From the NCBI GenBank assembly GCA_963809895.1, contig CAWELD010000004.1:32001-96000 (forward strand): DNA of 64,000 nucleotides. The letters are read 5' to 3'. How positions within the stretch are numbered: the stretch's first letter is position 1; every line of letters begins with the position of its first letter. A program made the translations under genes and the position numbers. The notes beneath the pieces were generated by a model. It was not told the origin of the DNA. It searched no databases and worked only from the letters and a program-made list of their open reading frames with translations. The stretch comes from an uncultured Gemmatimonadales bacterium (GTDB taxonomy: Bacteria; Gemmatimonadota; Gemmatimonadetes; Longimicrobiales; Gaopeijiaceae). Shown piece by piece: positions 20,239-34,181 of this stretch.

Positions 20239-23200
20239 ATGACCACCCCCCTCGAGCACCATGCGACACGACCCTGCTCCGATGAGCTGGATCCGCACCC
20301 CTCACAGGCCCGCCGCATCCGCCGGCGGCGCGTGCCCATCGGGCGCGCGTCACGGCTGGCGACGTGGCTGGTCACGACTCTGGTTGCGAGCTTCGGCGCG
20401 GCGTGCGGAGGCGACGGAGGGACCGGCGTTCCCGAGGCCCGGTCCGTGGCCGCGCTGGGGCCGACGACCTTCACCGGCGCCACCGACGCCGAGCTCTCCC
20501 AGCCACTTCAGGTGCGCGTGACGGGATCGGACGGGAATCCCTTCGCGGGCCAGCCCGTCACCTGGGCCGTGACCGCAGGAGCGGGAACGGTGAGCGCGAG
20601 CACCACCACCACCGACGCGTCCGGCACCGCATCGGTCACCTGGACGCTGGGACCCGCGGCGGGAGCCAACACGGTGACCGCCACCGCGGCGGGCGTGGGC
20701 TCGGTCACCTTCAATGCGACGGCGTCGTTCGAGACGCTCGAGCCCACGGTGGACATTCCCGGTATCCGGCGACCTCGAGGTGGAGCGAGTGGTCATTCCC
20801 GCCGGGGTCGTGGTGACGCTCACCGGCCCGACCCGGATCGTGGCGGCCGGCGAGGTCACGATCGCGGGCACGCTGGAGGGCGACTGCCAGGCCCTGGAGA
20901 TCGTCGGAGGCGCCGGCGGGTCGTTCGAAGGCGACGTCAGCAATGCCTGTGTCGCAGGTACCCGCAGCGAGCCTCGGCCCCGACCTGAGCATCCAGGTCG
21001 ACGGCCCGCTGGACATGCGGGGCACCGTGCTCACCACCGGCAACCTCTTTCTCAGCAACACCTCCGCCCTCACCCCGGCGACCTTCGCCGCGCGCGCGGG
21101 CCGCGGCGCCCAGCCTGCTTCCGGGCTGTCGTCGGTCACCGTCGACCCGTGCTTCTTCAGCGGGGAGTTCGGGGTGCCGGAAGGAACACAGCCGGCCACC
21201 TCGGCCCCCGGCCAGCCAGGGCTCGACGGGCAGAACATCGCAGGCGGCTGCAGCGGCCCCGCCGTGGTGCAGGATGCCATCTTCCGGCCGGGGCCCGGCG
21301 GCCTTCCCGGGGCTCCGAACCTGGACGACGGCGGCGATGACGGTCCCGCCACGGGCTCGGGCATGCCCGGCGGCAACGGCGGCAAGTACGAGAAGGACTG
21401 GATGGCGGACGTCACGTACGACAACGCCCTCATCTGGCTGTCCGACGGCGCCGACGGAGGATCGGTGGACGTCATCGGCGACCAACCCGGGGCAGTCCGC
21501 CATCGCCAGCGGAGGCGACGGAGGCAACGGTGGAGGCCTCGAGGTCACATCGACGGGCACCATCACCATCGGCCCCGGCGGCCTCGACATCGTGGTGGGC
21601 TCGGGGGGCGAGGGCGGGGGCGCGGTGGCCCAGGGCGCCGACGGACGGGACGGCGGCGCGGAGCCCGCTCAGAAAGGCGGCAGCGCCACGTCCCGGGGCG
21701 GCGAGGGAGGCACCACGACGCCGGGCACCCTCACCGCCACCGGCGACATCGTCTTCCAGGGTGAGATCGAGGTCACCGCGGCCCCCGCCGGCAACGGGGG
21801 CGATGCCACCTCCATGGCCGGCAAGGGCGGCGACGGGGGATCCACCGTGGGCAACCAGCACGGGGCCGCGGGCGGCGACATGATCGCCCACGGCGGCGAC
21901 GGAGGCGACGACGAGACCCGGGTGAACGGCCGGGCTGACGGGTTCGGCGGCGACGGCGGCGACATCACGCTGGCAGGCGGCGCGGGCGGGGACGGCTACG
22001 ACTTCTGCGCCGATCCCACCCTGGACGGCCCCGGCGGCGACGGGGGCGATGGGGGCAGCATCGCCCGGGCCGGCGGCACGCGCTCGGCTCCCGGCAAGGC
22101 CGGCCAGTCCGGCCCGGGCGGGACCGATGGGGTCGACGGCACCTTCGTCATCGAAAGCAACACGGGCAATGCAGGCGACGGCGGCGCCGGAGAGGTGGCC
22201 GCGGGCGTCGGTGGCGCCCCCGGAAGCGACGACGGCATGGATCCCACCTTCGACGGCCAGCGGGGGGACCCCGTCTTCGCGCCGGGCGTCGACGCCGCGC
22301 GCTGCAACACGCCGCCGGTGCTCACGCCCCCCGATCCCGCCCCCGAGACGCCGCGAGACACGCCCGTCGAGGTCGTGGTCGGCTACAGCGACCTGGGCGG
22401 CGACGCGCCCGATCTGGGCACCTGGACGGTCACGGGGCTGGACGCCTCGGAAGGCTCGCTGTCCGCCCCGCAGCCGGTAGAGGTCGCAGGACAGGTCGTG
22501 GGCATCACCTTCACCTTCACGCCGACCCCCGGCTTCCAGGGTACGGCGACCTTCCAGGTCAGGGTCGCGGACGCGTTGGGAGCCCAGAGCGAGACCATCG
22601 ACGTCGAGGTCGAGGTCAACAACGCCGAGCCGCTCTTCAACGACGGCGAGGGAGACATCGTGGTACAGGTGCCCCGCGGCGGTCAGAAGAAGATCGACCT
22701 GTCCTTCAACGACGCCGACGGCGACGAGATGACCTACTCCGTGGTGGACGGAGCGGGGCCGGACCACGGCTCGCTCACGCCCGCCACCTTCCCGGCGAGC
22801 ACCAACGGCGTCACCACCACCTACCAGCACGACGGCAGCGCCGGCGACTCGGACATGTTCTCGGTCCAGGCCGACGACGGCATGGGCGGGGTGGTCGTGG
22901 GCCGGGTGCTGATCACCATCGTGGACAACGCCGCCCCCGAGTGCACCGACAGCGACAAGCTGGTGGAGCTGCTCGCCGGCGAGTCCGTCGTCATCACGCT
23001 GTCCGCCACCGACGCCGAGGGCGAGCTGATCACCTTCGATCTGCTCATGGCGCCCACCCTGGGCACCGTCACGGGATTCCCCATCAACGGCGGCACCGTC
23101 GAGGTCGAGTACACGTCCAACGGCACCCCGGGCGCGGACCGATTCACCTACACCGTCACCGACGCGTCGGGGAACCAGAGCGAGTGCGCCGTGCGCCTCC

Positions 23201-24159
23201 ACGTGCGCAGCGGCGAGAAGCTCGTCCTCACCACCGGCAGCACCAACACGGCCGAGGGCATCATCCGCTTCGATCCGGCCAAGGGCATGTTCGAAGCCAC
23301 CGTTCCGGCGCCTCCCGAGGCCAACGGACTCTCCCCTCTCGACGACGGGTCCTTCCTGGCCGCCATCAAGAGCGGCGCCCTCCTGCGCTTCGATCCGTTC
23401 TCGGGGCTGCCCGTCACCGACTTCGGCAGCTCGGGCGTGGTCACCGTCGAGGCCGGCGTGGTGGACGTGACCTACCTGCCCGACGGCACCATCCTGGTCA
23501 CCAACGTCGTCACGGGAGAGATCACCCTGGTGGCTTCCGACGGCACCGTCCTGGAAGGGAGCGAGATCCTGCTGGAGCCGGGCATCGAGAAGATCGAGGC
23601 CTCACCCGACGGCTCGAAGATCTTCGTCTTCCAGCGCAACGACCCCGAGAATCCCCTGGACGACGAGTTCCTCATCCTCGACGGCGTCAGCAAGGAGGTG
23701 ATCGAGGCGATCCCCACGACGCTGCTGCTGGACATGGAGATCAGCCCCGACGGCAAGAAGCTGGTCCTCACCAACGCCGTGCTCCGGGCGTGCTCCGGTT
23801 CGACGTCTACGACATCGAGGCCATGGCCTGGGCCACGGAGCAGCCCATCCTCGTGGAAGAGGCGGCGCCAGGGCTCCGGAGGGATCGCGTTCACGCCCGA
23901 TGGGAGCCGGTTCTACCTGACGGACACCGAGAACGGCGGTCGTGCACTCGCCTTCGACGCCGACAGCTACCAGCGGCGTCCCGAGGAGGACATCACCGGA
24001 GTTCCGGTCATCGCCTTCCGCGAGATCCTGTTCACGCTCGACGGGCTGACACGGATCTTCCTGGGCCCGGAGAGCATGGTGGTGCAGGACGTGACCACCG
24101 GGGAGTTCGGGCCCGTGAGGGCGCTCCCCGGCTTCATCGACGCGAAGCTCTACCGCTGA
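20239..24159 (+). CDS. large surface lipoprotein: Ig-like domain, Gly-rich region, cadherin/Big_9 repeats, C-terminal beta-propeller; several frameshifts
   Basis: AACGG lipobox, TTTDASGTASVTWTLG, GGxGGxGG repeats, DADGDEMTYS / DAEGELITF / DRFTYTVTD, SPDG repeats; ORFs 20239-20988, 20943-21764 and 21274-24159. Confidence 0.75.
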
Positions 24160-24201
24160 CCCGGGGCTGCGAGCCCGGCGCGGTCACGCCGTCGTTCCGC
24201 C

Positions 24202-26724
24202 TCAGCCGGGCGGCGTCCGAAAGGGCGCCGCCCGCTCCGGCTTTCCCCAAGCCTCGTACAACTCCACCAGCGCATCGCGCAGCGCCTCGGTGTCGGCGCC
24301 CTGTGACTCGGCCCAGCGATACCGCTCCAGCAAGCGGGTCTCCGCCTGTTCCCACCGACCGAGACGGCCCAGCGCGGCGGCGAGCTCGACGGTGACCCCG
24401 TCGAGGGTGGGATAGGCCTCGCCGCCGATGGCCCGATAAGCGGCCGCCGCCCGCTCGAGCTGCTCCACCGCGGCCTCGTCGTCGTGGTCGTGACGGGCCA
24501 GCGAGTACCCGAAGTTGTAGCGCGTGTTGGCCACCGACACGTGGTTCTCGCCCAGCATGGGGACACGTATCGCCAGTGCCCGCTCGTAGGCGCCCCGGCC
24601 GTCGGCCAGGCGTCCCGCCTCGTAGTAGGCCTGCGCTACGTTGAACCAGGAGGTGCCCATGGCGGCGTGGTCGTCGCCGTACAGGCTCCGCCGGATCTCC
24701 AGTGCCTCTTCCAGATCGTCGATGGCGGCCTGGTGGTTGCCGAGCCGGAGTTGGAGCGCCCCCATGCTGCTGAGGATCGCGGCGGCCCGCGTGTGCTGGC
24801 GACCGAACTCCCGCTCGATGATGGCCAACGCTTCGGCGTACAGGGGGATGGCTTCCTCGGCTCGGCCGGCCCGGGTGTGGACGATGGCCAGCGCCTGCAT
24901 GGGAACCGTGGCATCGGGTTCACCCCGCGCGCCCTGCTCCTCGTAGATGCCCAGCGACGTCTCCAGGAGCTTCCGGGTCTCCTCGGGCTCGAGGTTGCGC
25001 TCGGCGTTGGCGGCCCCCAGGAGGGCCAGCGCCCGGGCGCGCGTGAGCGGCTCCACCGCCCCCTGGGACAGCTCCACCGCCGTACGGAACACGTCCTGCG
25101 CCTCGTCGTAGCGCGTCTGCCCGTGGAGCGCGCGGCCGAGGTCGATCATCTGGCGGGCGCGCAGATCCACGTCGTCCGAGCCGGCACTCGCGTCCAGGGC
25201 GCTGCGCGCGACCGCCTCGGCCTCTTCGTGGAGACCGAGCAGCGTGTACACGGGCGCGATGGTGCCGTACAGCTCGGCCTGGAGGTCCGGATCGCCTCCG
25301 AAGACCGAGTCGACGCGGGCGGTGCCGGCGGCAAGCAGCTCCCGCGCGGTCACGTCGGCCCCGCGCGCCCGGTTGGGATCGGCCCATTCGAAGAGCCCCG
25401 TCAGAAACCCGATCACGCCCTGGGCCCGGTCTCGCTCGAAGCGGGCCTGCGCGGCCTCGCGCTGCGCCCGGCGGTACTGAACGCCTGCCAGGACCGCCGA
25501 CGCGGACACGCCGAGGAACGCCAGCGTCGCCGCCGCCACCGGAACGCGGTGGCGGCCCACGAAGCGCCGGAGCCGGTAGGCCGCCGAGTCGGGGCGGGCC
25601 TCGACGGGGAGGCCCTCCCGCCAGCGGCGCAGGTCGTCGCGCAGGGCGGCGACGGTGGGGTAGCGCCGCTCGGGCTCCTTCCGCAGCGCCTTCAGCGTGA
25701 TGCTGTCGAGATCACCTCGCAGCCGACGCCCCCACCGCACCTCCGCAGCCTGCGCCTCCGGCGACGGACCCACGGACGCGGGCTCGTCCCGGACGCGCGT
25801 CCGATCACTGGGACGCGTGACCTCTCCGGTAAGCGCCGCCTCGCGCATCTGCATCAGACTCGACCCCGACCCCGCGTACGGGTGCACGCCGGTGAGGAGC
25901 TGGTACAGGAGAATGCCGAGCGCGTACACGTCGGTTGCGGTGGTGATCGGACCGCCCTGGAGCTGTTCGGGGGCGGCGAACCGAGGTGTGAGCGGAAGCT
26001 GGCCGGTGCGCGTCTGATCGCCGTCGTCTTCGGCCTCCAGGAGCTTCCCGATCCCGAAGTCCAGCAGCTTGGGCTTGCCATCACCCGTCACCAGGATGTT
26101 GCTGGGCTTCAGATCGCGGTGCACCACCAGATTCTCGTGGGCGTACTGGACCGCCTCGCAGACCTGGTCGAACAGTGCGAGGCGCGATTCCAGACCGAGC
26201 TGCTCCAGCCGGCAGTAGTCGTTGATCCTGGTGCCTTCGACGAACTCCATGGCGACGTAGGGCCGCCCGTCCGCCGTGGTGCCACCCTCGATGAAGCGCG
26301 CGATCCCCGGATGCTCCAGCCCGGCGAGGATCTTCCGTTCGGTCCGGAAGCGGCGGACCAGCTCGCCGGAGTCCATGCGGGCTTGCACCACCTTGAGCGC
26401 CACGCGCTGCACGAAGCCGTCGCCCTGGCGCACACCTTCGTAGACCGTGCCCATGCCGCCCTGCCCGAGCACGCCCACGACGTCGAAGTCCCCGATGCGC
26501 GCGGGGCGATCCTCGGGCTCGGCACCGACCCGGAAGGGCGAGACCAGGGGTGTCGCCAGAAAGGCCTCGCCGTCGTCCAGCTGCTGAAGCAGCCCCTCGA
26601 TCTCGCGCCGCAGCTCGGGGTCGCCGGCGCAGGCCTCGGCCAGCAAGGCGTCCCGCGCCGGGCCTTCCAGCTCGGCGGCGCGGGCTCCGAGATCCTCGAT
26701 CTGGGCCCACCGCTCGCGATTCAC
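24202..26724 (-). CDS. membrane Ser/Thr protein kinase with TPR repeats
   Basis: GQGGMGTV, VALK, HRDLKPSN, LDFG, TM segment, TPR C-terminus. Confidence 0.95.
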   Translation of the reverse strand: MNRERWAQIEDLGARAAELEGPARDALLAEACAGDPELRREIEGLLQQLDDGEAFLATPLVSPFRVGAEPEDRPARIGDFDVVGVLGQGGMGTVYEGVRQGDGFVQRVALKVVQARMDSGELVRRFRTERKILAGLEHPGIARFIEGGTTADGRPYVAMEFVEGTRINDYCRLEQLGLESRLALFDQVCEAVQYAHENLVVHRDLKPSNILVTGDGKPKLLDFGIGKLLEAEDDGDQTRTGQLPLTPRFAAPEQLQGGPITTATDVYALGILLYQLLTGVHPYAGSGSSLMQMREAALTGEVTRPSDRTRVRDEPASVGPSPEAQAAEVRWGRRLRGDLDSITLKALRKEPERRYPTVAALRDDLRRWREGLPVEARPDSAAYRLRRFVGRHRVPVAAATLAFLGVSASAVLAGVQYRRAQREAAQARFERDRAQGVIGFLTGLFEWADPNRARGADVTARELLAAGTARVDSVFGGDPDLQAELYGTIAPVYTLLGLHEEAEAVARSALDASAGSDDVDLRARQMIDLGRALHGQTRYDEAQDVFRTAVELSQGAVEPLTRARALALLGAANAERNLEPEETRKLLETSLGIYEEQGARGEPDATVPMQALAIVHTRAGRAEEAIPLYAEALAIIEREFGRQHTRAAAILSSMGALQLRLGNHQAAIDDLEEALEIRRSLYGDDHAAMGTSWFNVAQAYYEAGRLADGRGAYERALAIRVPMLGENHVSVANTRYNFGYSLARHDHDDEAAVEQLERAAAAYRAIGGEAYPTLDGVTVELAAALGRLGRWEQAETRLLERYRWAESQGADTEALRDALVELYEAWGKPERAAPFRTPPG

Positions 26725-27290
26725 GCGCTCTCCTGGCCGGTCAGCTCCCGTCTGAGCCAGGCTCTCGCCATGGTCCAGGACCGGCGCGCCGTGGGCTCGG
26801 ACACACCCAGGACCTCGGCGATCTCGCCGTGGCTGAGTCCCCCGAAGAACCGATACTCCACGACCCGGGCGCCGCGCTGGTTGAACTCCGCCAGCTCCTT
26901 CATGGCCTCATCCAGCGCCACGAGCGAGGGCAGAGGCTCGTGTCCCAGGACCTCCTCGAGACCTTCCAACGGAACCGCGCTCGCGCCGCCGCCTCGCTTC
27001 TGCGCGGAGCGCGCTCGCGCGTGGTCGATGAGGATGCGGCGCATGGCGGTGGCGGCCGCGGCGAAGAAATGAGCTCGCCCGGACCAGCCCCACGCTTCGC
27101 GCTCCACGAGTCGCACGTAGGCCTCGTGGACGAGGGCGGTGGGGCTCAGGGTGTGATCCGGGCGCTCGTCGCCCATGCGGGCGTGGGCCACGGAGCGGAG
27201 GTCCTCGTAGACGAGCTGGAAGAGCCGGTCGAAGGCCTCGGCCGACCCGCCGCCGGCCTGCTCGAGGAGCCGGGTCACCTCTCCACTCAT
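26721..27290 (-). CDS. kinase-associated ECF sigma factor
   Basis: DHTLSPTALVHEAY, AMRRILIDHAR, VVEYRFFGGL; overlaps the kinase start. Confidence 0.92.
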   Translation of the reverse strand: MSGEVTRLLEQAGGGSAEAFDRLFQLVYEDLRSVAHARMGDERPDHTLSPTALVHEAYVRLVEREAWGWSGRAHFFAAAATAMRRILIDHARARSAQKRGGGASAVPLEGLEEVLGHEPLPSLVALDEAMKELAEFNQRGARVVEYRFFGGLSHGEIAEVLGVSEPTARRSWTMARAWLRRELTGQESA

Positions 27291-27532
27291 GGACGGCGGC
27301 TTGGCATGGAAGATCTCCTGATCGTGCGTCCGGGTACGGTAGGCCGCGCCGGAGAGCGCCACAAGCGCCGCCCACGCCGCGTCCGCCCGAGCCTCGCCCT
27401 CGCTGCGGCTCTGGCGCCCCAGTCCTCCCGGCTCCATGGACCTTCGCCACTGTAGCGTGGCCTTCGCGAACAACCCTGGCGTCCGGAAGCGACGCGCGCC
27501 ATAGATACGACTCCCTCCCACCTGGAGCAGTC

Positions 27533-29971
27533 ATGGAGACGATCCTCCGGGAGTTGCGTGTCGCCGAGCGCTCACTTCGGCGCGATCCGGGATTCTCCAT
27601 CGCCGCGGTCCTCACCCTGGCGCTCGGGATCGCCGCCACCACGGCCGTCTTCAGCGTGCTCTACGGGGTGTTGTTGGCCCCCCTTCCCTATCCCGACGGC
27701 GAGCAGCTCGTCCGGCTCTACTCCAGCAACGCGCGCCAGGGTGTCGTGCGCGGACCCATGAGCGGCTCGGACATGTGGGACTACCGCGCCGCAGCCAGTG
27801 TGGCGGCGGCGGCTCCGGCACTCCCCTACGAGGGCACGCTGGAAGACGACGCCGGCAACCCCGTTCGGGTGCCGGCCTACGTGGTTTCTTCGGACTTCTT
27901 CCAGGTCTTCCGCACACCCATGGCGATGGGCCGGGGGTTCCTCCCGGAAGAGGACGCTCCCGGCAGCCCCATCGAAGTGGTATTGAGCCATCAGCTCTGG
28001 CAGACGGCGCTGGGCGGTGATCCCTCCATCGTGGGCAGGAGCATCACCGTCGAGGGAGGCCCGGTCACCGTGGTGGGTGTGACGGCGCCCGAGATGCGCT
28101 ACCCGCGCGACGCCGCGTTGTGGGTGCAGATCGGGGTGAACTGGCCGAATCTCGCGCGTCGGGCCCGAACCTGGCCCGTGGTCGCGCGCCTGGCGCCGGG
28201 TGTCGAGTTGGAGGTCGCCCGCACGGAGTTGAATACGATCGCCGCACGGCTGCAGCGCGAATACTCCGAGTGGAACACGGGATGGGAGGTCGAGGTGGTC
28301 CCGCTCAAGGAGGCGCTCGTGGGGGATCTCCGCGACGCGCTCCTGATCCTCATGCTCGCCTCCGCCGGCATCCTGCTGGTGGCGGCCGCCAACGTGGCGA
28401 ACCTGCTGCTGGCCCGGGGCGCGGCCCGCCTGCGGGAGACCGCGCTGCGGGCGGCATTGGGTGCAGGACGCTGGCAGATCGTACGCGGTCTGTTCGCCGA
28501 GGCCCTGGTGATCTCGGTGGGCGGAGCGGCGATCGGCGTTCTGCTGGCGTTCGGTGCCCTGGCGACGTTCCGGCGACTGGCGCCTCCGCAGCTCGCCATC
28601 ATCGGAGACGTCGCCTTCGGATGGCAGGCCCTGGTGTTCGCGGCCGTGGTCACCGGGGGCACCACGCTCGTGTTCGGGCTGCTCCCCGCGATCCGGGCGT
28701 CCGCGCCCGACATCCGCTCGCTCCTTGGAGACAGCGGCGGGCGCGCCACCACCGGCGTCGGCGGCGCCTGGCTGCGATCGGGGTTGGTCGTGAGCGAGGT
28801 CGCCGTCGCCACGGCGCTGGTCATCGGCTCCGGCCTGCTCCTGAAGAGCTTCGCGAGGCTCAACGCCACAGACCCCGGGTTCGAGGTACGTGACGCGCTC
28901 ACCTTCAATGTGGCGCCGCCGGTGGCGAGCTTCGGGGATTTCGACGACGTCACCCGCTACTACGAGGACCTGGTCGGCGGGTTGTCCTCGCTGCCTGGGG
29001 TGCGCGGCGTGGCCGGTATGACCACCCTGCCCCTGAGCACCGAATACGACGTCTTCAGACCGGTCCGCATCCTGGATGCGCCGGAGCCGGTGGCCGGCGA
29101 GGAGCCGCAGGCCTACATGCGCATCGTGACGCCGGGATTCTTCGCGGTCATGGGGATTCCCGTGATCGACGGACGGGCCTTCAACGACTTCGACACGCGC
29201 GACGCGGCGCCGGTGGTGGTGGTCAACGAGGCCTTCGCACGCCGCAATCTCACGGACGGCCGCGTGCTCAATCGGAAGATCGAGCTGGTCTCCAGGAACT
29301 TCGGACCCATCGGCCAGATCCTGAATGCTGAAGTCGAGGTCGTGGGCGTGGTGGGCGACGTGCGCTACGCCGGCCTCGGCGAAGACGTGCTGCCCGCGAT
29401 GTACTTTCCGTACGCCCAGGCTCCGCACCGGCGCATGTCGCTGCTGGTGGCTCCGGAGTCGGGGGATCCCGCGTCGTTCATCGCCGGCGCCCGGGATCGG
29501 GCGTCGCGTGTCAGCTCCCAGGTGGCCATCAGCGGCGTCAACACCATGGACCAGGTGATGCGCGCATCGACGCTCAGCCGACGCTTCACGGGGACGCTAC
29601 TTCTGGTCTTCGGACTCGTCACGCTGGCCATGGCCATGGTCGGCATCTACGGCGTGGTCTCGTACCAGGTCACGGAGCGCGTGCGCGAGATGGCCGTGCG
29701 CATGTCCATCGGCGCCACGCCCGGCGAGGTCATGGGGCTCATTCTCCGCTCCGGCGCGCGCATGTGGGGGCTCGGGATCGTCGTGGGGGTCGTCGGAGCC
29801 CTCGCGCTCCGCCGCGTCCTGGCCAGTCAGCTCTTCGGCGTGAGCGCCTCGGACCCGGCGGTCTTCGCGGGCGCCGCCTTGATCCTCGGCGTGGTGGCGG
29901 TCGCAGCGACCTCGATCCCCGCGTTCCGCTCCACCCGGGTCGAGCCGGCGAAGGTGCTGCGCGAGGCCTGA
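27533..29971 (+). CDS. orphan MacB/FtsX duplicated ABC permease (ADOP)
   Basis: TLALGIAATTAVFS, NVANLLLAR, LRAALGA, EMAVRMSIGA duplicated halves. Confidence 0.92.
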   Translation: METILRELRVAERSLRRDPGFSIAAVLTLALGIAATTAVFSVLYGVLLAPLPYPDGEQLVRLYSSNARQGVVRGPMSGSDMWDYRAAASVAAAAPALPYEGTLEDDAGNPVRVPAYVVSSDFFQVFRTPMAMGRGFLPEEDAPGSPIEVVLSHQLWQTALGGDPSIVGRSITVEGGPVTVVGVTAPEMRYPRDAALWVQIGVNWPNLARRARTWPVVARLAPGVELEVARTELNTIAARLQREYSEWNTGWEVEVVPLKEALVGDLRDALLILMLASAGILLVAAANVANLLLARGAARLRETALRAALGAGRWQIVRGLFAEALVISVGGAAIGVLLAFGALATFRRLAPPQLAIIGDVAFGWQALVFAAVVTGGTTLVFGLLPAIRASAPDIRSLLGDSGGRATTGVGGAWLRSGLVVSEVAVATALVIGSGLLLKSFARLNATDPGFEVRDALTFNVAPPVASFGDFDDVTRYYEDLVGGLSSLPGVRGVAGMTTLPLSTEYDVFRPVRILDAPEPVAGEEPQAYMRIVTPGFFAVMGIPVIDGRAFNDFDTRDAAPVVVVNEAFARRNLTDGRVLNRKIELVSRNFGPIGQILNAEVEVVGVVGDVRYAGLGEDVLPAMYFPYAQAPHRRMSLLVAPESGDPASFIAGARDRASRVSSQVAISGVNTMDQVMRASTLSRRFTGTLLLVFGLVTLAMAMVGIYGVVSYQVTERVREMAVRMSIGATPGEVMGLILRSGARMWGLGIVVGVVGALALRRVLASQLFGVSASDPAVFAGAALILGVVAVAATSIPAFRSTRVEPAKVLREA

Positions 29972-30060
29972 GGCGGCTCCGGTGCTGGCGCTCGCCCTCG
30001 CCGGCCGGTAGCGTTCCTTCCCGGTCCAACCGAAGCACCCCCATCCCCCCGGAGAGACTC

Positions 30061-32191
30061 ATGCGACCTCGGCTCATCACGGCTCTCGCGCTCACGGCGG
30101 GGGCGACGATCGCCATGTGGGGCTGCGAGCAGACGCAGCCCATCCAGTATCCGCAGACCCGCACCGTGGATCAGGTGGACGACTATCACGGGACGCAGGT
30201 CGCCGATCCCTATCGATGGCTCGAGAACGACACGGCCTCCGACGTGACGGACTGGGTCGAAGCCGAGAACGCCGTCACCTTCGCCTATCTGGACCAGATC
30301 CCGTTCCGCGACCAGCTCCGGCAGCGGCTGGAAGAGTTGATGGACTACCCGCGCTACAGCGCCCCGGCCCGCCGCGGGGACTACTACTTCTTCTCCAAGA
30401 ACGACGGGCTCCAGAACCAGAGCGTGATCTACGTGCAGGAAGGGTTGGACGGTGAGCCGCGCGTGCTTCTGGACCCCAACACTTTCTCCGACGACGGCAC
30501 CACCACGTTGTCGGCGTTCTCACCGTCGAGCGATGGCCGCTACGTGGTATACGGACAGTCCGTGGGCGGCTCCGACTGGAGCGAGTACCACGTCATGGAG
30601 GTGGCCACGGGCGAGACCCTGCCCGATGTGGTGGAGTGGGTGAAGGTCTCGGACGCCGCGTGGGCCGGGGACGGCTTCTTCTACAGCCGCTATCCCGCGC
30701 CCGCTCCCGGCCAGGAGCTCACCGCCGTGAACGAGAACCACAAGGTGTACTTCCACCGCGTGGGCACGGCGCAGGCGGATGACCAGCTCGTCTACGAGGA
30801 CCCGGAGCATCCGCAGCGCTTCAACATCGTGGGCACCACCGAAGACGAGCGCTACGCGATCCTGACCGTCGCGGACCGCGGCACGGGCAAGGACGGCAAC
30901 GCGGTGTTCTACCGCGACCTCACCCGGCCGGGCAACGACTTCCGGCCGCTGATCCCCGACATCACCGACGACACCTACAACGTCATGGAGCCCGTGGACG
31001 GCGCCTTCCTGGTCCAGACGAACCACGGAGCGCCCAACGGCCGCGTGGTGCGCATCCCCATGGCCAACCCCGGGGAGTCGAACTGGACCGACGTGCTCCC
31101 GGAGCGGACCAACGCACTCCAGTCCGCCGGCACCGGCGGCGGCAAGCTCTTCGCCACCTACCTCGAGGACGTGGCCACCCACGCCTACGTCTCCGACCTG
31201 GACGGCTCGAACCAGAACGAGATCGCGCTGCCCGGCGCCGGCGCGGCCGGCGGGTTCGGGGGCCTCTCCGACGACGCGCAGGTCTTCTACACCTACACGT
31301 CGTTCAACTACCCGCCCACGATCTTCCAGTACGACATCGCCTCGGGCGAGTCGACGGAGTTCCGGAGCGCCAAGGTCAACGGCTTCGATCCCGAGGACTA
31401 CGAGGTGAAGCAGGTCTTCGCCACCAGCAAGGACGGGACGCGCATCCCCATGTTCCTGACCTACCGGAAGGGACTGGAGCTCAACGGCGATAATCCGACC
31501 CTGCTTACAGGGTACGGGGGATTCGACATCTCGCTCACGCCCTCCTTCTCGCCCACCCGCGTCGCGCTCCTGGAGAACGGCTTCGTCTTCGCGCAGGCCA
31601 ACCTGCGCGGCGGCGGAGAGTACGGAGAAGCCTGGCACGAAGCGGGCATGAAGCTGAACAAGCAGAACGTGTTCGACGACTTCATCGCCTGCGCCGAGTG
31701 GCTCTTCGCCAACGATTACACGAATTCCGAACGGCTCGCGATCGGGGGGGATCCAATGGCGGCCTGCTCATGGGCGCGGTCACGAATCAGCGCCCGGATC
31801 TGGCCGAAGTCGTGGTGGCCGAGGCCGGCGTCATGGACATGCTCCGCTTCCAGAAGTGGACCATCGGCTGGAATTGGATCCCCGACTACGGCTCCAGCGA
31901 CGACCCCGAACAATTCCAGGCCCTCTACGCGTACTCGCCGGTGCACAACGTCCACCCGGGCACCGATTATCCCGCGGTGTTCATCACCACGGCGGATCAC
32001 GACGACCGCGTGGTGCCGGCCCACTCGTTCAAGTACGCCGCGGCCATGCAGGCGGCCCAGGCCGACGACGATCCCATCCTGATCCGGGTGGAGACCAATT
32101 CGGCCCACGGCGCCAGCTCCACGGGCAAGGCGCTGGACATCACCGCCGACATCGATGCCTTCGTCTTCAAGCAGCTGGGGGTGACGCCGCG

Positions 32192-32195
<4 letters not shown>
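30061..32195 (+). CDS. prolyl oligopeptidase (S9A); one frameshift in a G run at 31744-31750
   Basis: [35 protein letters not shown]. Confidence 0.92.
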
Positions 32196-34153
<1,958 letters not shown>

Positions 34154-34181
34154 GGCGCTCACCCGTCGCCACGGCGGGTCC

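Noticed and set aside
21480..22300. Mycobacterial PE-PGRS gene
   Set aside because: The Gly-rich repeats are similar, but there is no PE domain and they are embedded in an Ig-like lipoprotein.
5616..24159. Programmed ribosomal frameshifting as the cause of the split genes
   Set aside because: The breaks are numerous, occur in unrelated gene families and lack slippery-site/stimulator patterns; sequencing indels are more parsimonious.
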